Below, piece after piece: positions 61,722 through 64,000 of a stretch of DNA of 64,000 nt (position 1 is the first letter of the stretch; every line of letters begins with the position of its first letter). Made by a program: the position numbers and the translations under genes. The stretch is from Oculina patagonica. Its lineage: Eukaryota. The stretch is taken from positions 35,960,001 to 36,024,000 of the forward strand of contig NC_135770.1 of assembly GCF_052425735.1 (NCBI RefSeq), given 5' to 3'. The notes below the pieces were generated by a model. That model searched no databases. It was given only the letters and a program-made list of their open reading frames with translations, and was not told the DNA's origin.

Positions 61722-62442
61722 GCTCGGCTTATAGCCAGTTATAACAAGAAAAACCTGGGCTACAAGACCTGAAGATTTCACTTCAAGCAAAACAAATATG
61801 ATTACTGGTGTTGTTACTGAATGTATCCAATACTCAAGTGCTGTTTCGTCAAAATTTCGTTGAAAGTCCGGAGGATTCCGACTACTAATTTTGACCAATT
61901 ATGTAAGAGCTGTTAATCGTGTTGGTGCCGAGGAGTTCCAGCATTTTATTGTCCAATCAGGTTAATATACGTGTACTCGTGGAATGACGACACGTCAGCT
62001 TGTCGTCCTAATAAGGATGAACATACGTCATGTTACATAGCAACTTAGCTGACCAAATACAAGTTCCCAGCGGGCGCACGGACACTTGATTCTCGCTAGT
62101 GGAATTTTGATCTAGAACCGCTTTTGTTTCGAAGTTTGATTTATTTTTATTTTTGTTTTATATTTTTTTTACAAATCACATTTAGGCTGACTATTTTGGC
62201 CAGTTGTTATCACGATTAATTGCAATGATATATGTTTTTATTATTTTGTGAAAAAAATTCTCTCTTCAAAAGAGAGTCACCCAGTCGATCCATTTTTTGC
62301 AAGTTGATTTAAAAATACACATAACGTTAAGTTGTTCCAGTCAATGCAAAGCATCCTTTCCATAATGCGGGAGACTGGAAAATGCAAAGAATTTATATCT
62401 TTATGTGCGTCGGTTAAACAAAACCGACGAGAAGTATCTATG

Positions 62443-62700
62443 GCCGTTTTCACACTAGAGATGGATAGCCTAACTCGTTAGAAACGGAAGTTAAACTCCT
62501 TAGATGGAAAACTTTTCCCAGTGTAATAGCAAGATACAGGTTTGTACGTATATCTCGCCTGATTTTATCCATCTACGTTTGCTTTGCAGGGATACTTTGT
62601 ATCAAATTGTATTTGCTCCATTTTCACTCCGGACGAGTTAGTCATTTAATATGGACAAATCGTACGAGACAAACTATCAATCTCTATTGTGAAAACAGCC
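62443..62700. mobile_element. Degenerate MITE (Harbinger-like ends)
   Basis: GGCCGTTTTCACACTAGAGA ... TCTCTATTGTGAAAACAGCC. Confidence 0.5.
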
Positions 62701-63725
62701 ACTGGCAATTATATAAATGTTACGCTGTATTGGAAAATTTATTGAAATAGATTAGCTTTATATGACCCTTCTCAAATCGAAAGAGTAGGATTCTTTTCAG
62801 TTGCAAAGCCAGTAAGAAAGTTGCACACGTTTCTTTTTCATAAAATGATCAGTTCTTTCACATTGTTAGAGGTAAAAAGCATGCGCCTTTAGCTAATGTT
62901 TGCGGTTCCGTCCTTTCTGAACGCTGGTAATCAATCAATAGCGACAAATGTACTAATAAAAACAAAATAAAATATGAAGTAAATAAAATAAAATGGTTTT
63001 GGCAATAAATGTTTGTAATTATTTTTTTGAGACAATTGGAATTTTTCGGAAAAACGGCAACCCAACAATTTTCGCCATTAGTGGAAATATTTAGTCACAT
63101 ATCATCTATCGATAGCATCGGGGAGCTTTTAAAGTAAATATATGCATGCATACATAAACAATTCCCAAATGAGGGGTATAATTCAAACAATGACTCAAAT
63201 ATTTTATTATGTTTTAATCCTTTAATGGCTGTGTCTAAATAACTACATTGAAGTTTGGCGTCTTCAGGTTAACTCTATTGTCATGAAAACTTAGTGATTT
63301 ATCAACTTTATGCATTTAGTGATTTATTTTGCTATGTACTTCAACATATGTAATAGTTTTCAAGAAATATAAGGTGCATGTGCTATAGGTTCTGATATTC
63401 AATGATAATATAATTAAGAACGTAATTAATTTTGGCTTATTGATGCGAATGGTGGCTAATTAAACAGCTAAGTTTAGTTCTGAACAATCTAAATTAAAAC
63501 GCTGTTGTTACTCTTTTGTGTAGCTAGAAATCTTGAAAACGGAGAAGCATTATGAATATAAAGTTGTTTTGGTTCATTTTCGCAATTGCTAGATAGTTCT
63601 AAAGTTTGTACATAACTACAATTTTACCAGCGACGATATATGCATGCAAAAATCCTATCCGAACTGTGACCTGACTAAAAAACTTATAACACGGTACAGT
63701 GGAACTCAAATTGACTAACAAAGTA

Positions 63726-63915
63726 CAGTCAACTCTCTAAAACGGACACCTTCGAAACCTGCCTCCAGCTGTCCGTCTTAAAGAGGTGTCCGTCTTATAC
63801 GGAGTTTAGTTACAGTAAAATGACTAAAAAACGGCAAGGACGGGACCAATACCAGATGTCTGTCTTATAGGCGGTGTCCGTCTTATGGAGGTGTCTGTTA
63901 AGAAAGAGTTGACTG
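63726..63915. mobile_element. Tc1/mariner-type MITE with TA TSD
   Basis: TA|CAGTCAACTCT ... AGAGTTGACTG|TA, with internal GTGTCCGTCTTA repeats. Confidence 0.75.
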
Positions 63916-64000
63916 TATAGCAAGCATAATAATAAATAATTTCAGAGTTTTACTTGCAAACTACACCTTATGTTGTTATGAAACTCTTTTTGTGTGTGCA

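Overview
AT-rich, intron-containing animal DNA. The gene families and repeat types point to an anthozoan, probably a stony coral (inference). From left to right: (1) two tandem minus-strand paralogues whose first coding exon is a DZIP3-type HEPN domain. The complete copy (23058->4493) splices HEPN onto a RING-less TRIM body (B-box, coiled coil, filamin, NHL repeats). (2) That gene is split inside its NHL exon by a 14,733-bp CACTA/EnSpm (CMC) DNA transposon (5120-19852; CACTG termini, TAT duplication). The element carries two divergent, apparently intact spliced genes: a ~975-aa transposase and a 6-exon, ~378-aa uncharacterised protein. (3) A head-to-head pair of two-exon Ariadne-like RBR E3 ligases with a long unrecognised N-terminus; one has a TGA at a position where the paralogue has CGA, just after RING2. 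(4) A ~26-kb plus-strand gene with an N-terminal hydrophobic segment and three START-like domains. Its introns host an antisense intronless TPMT gene and a BEL/Pao LTR retrotransposon with 135-bp LTRs, itself interrupted by a TTAA-targeting element. MITEs, tRNA-derived SINE-like repeats and microsatellites are scattered throughout. All exon models were assembled by eye from splice signals and frame continuity, and family names come from motif recognition rather than database searches.
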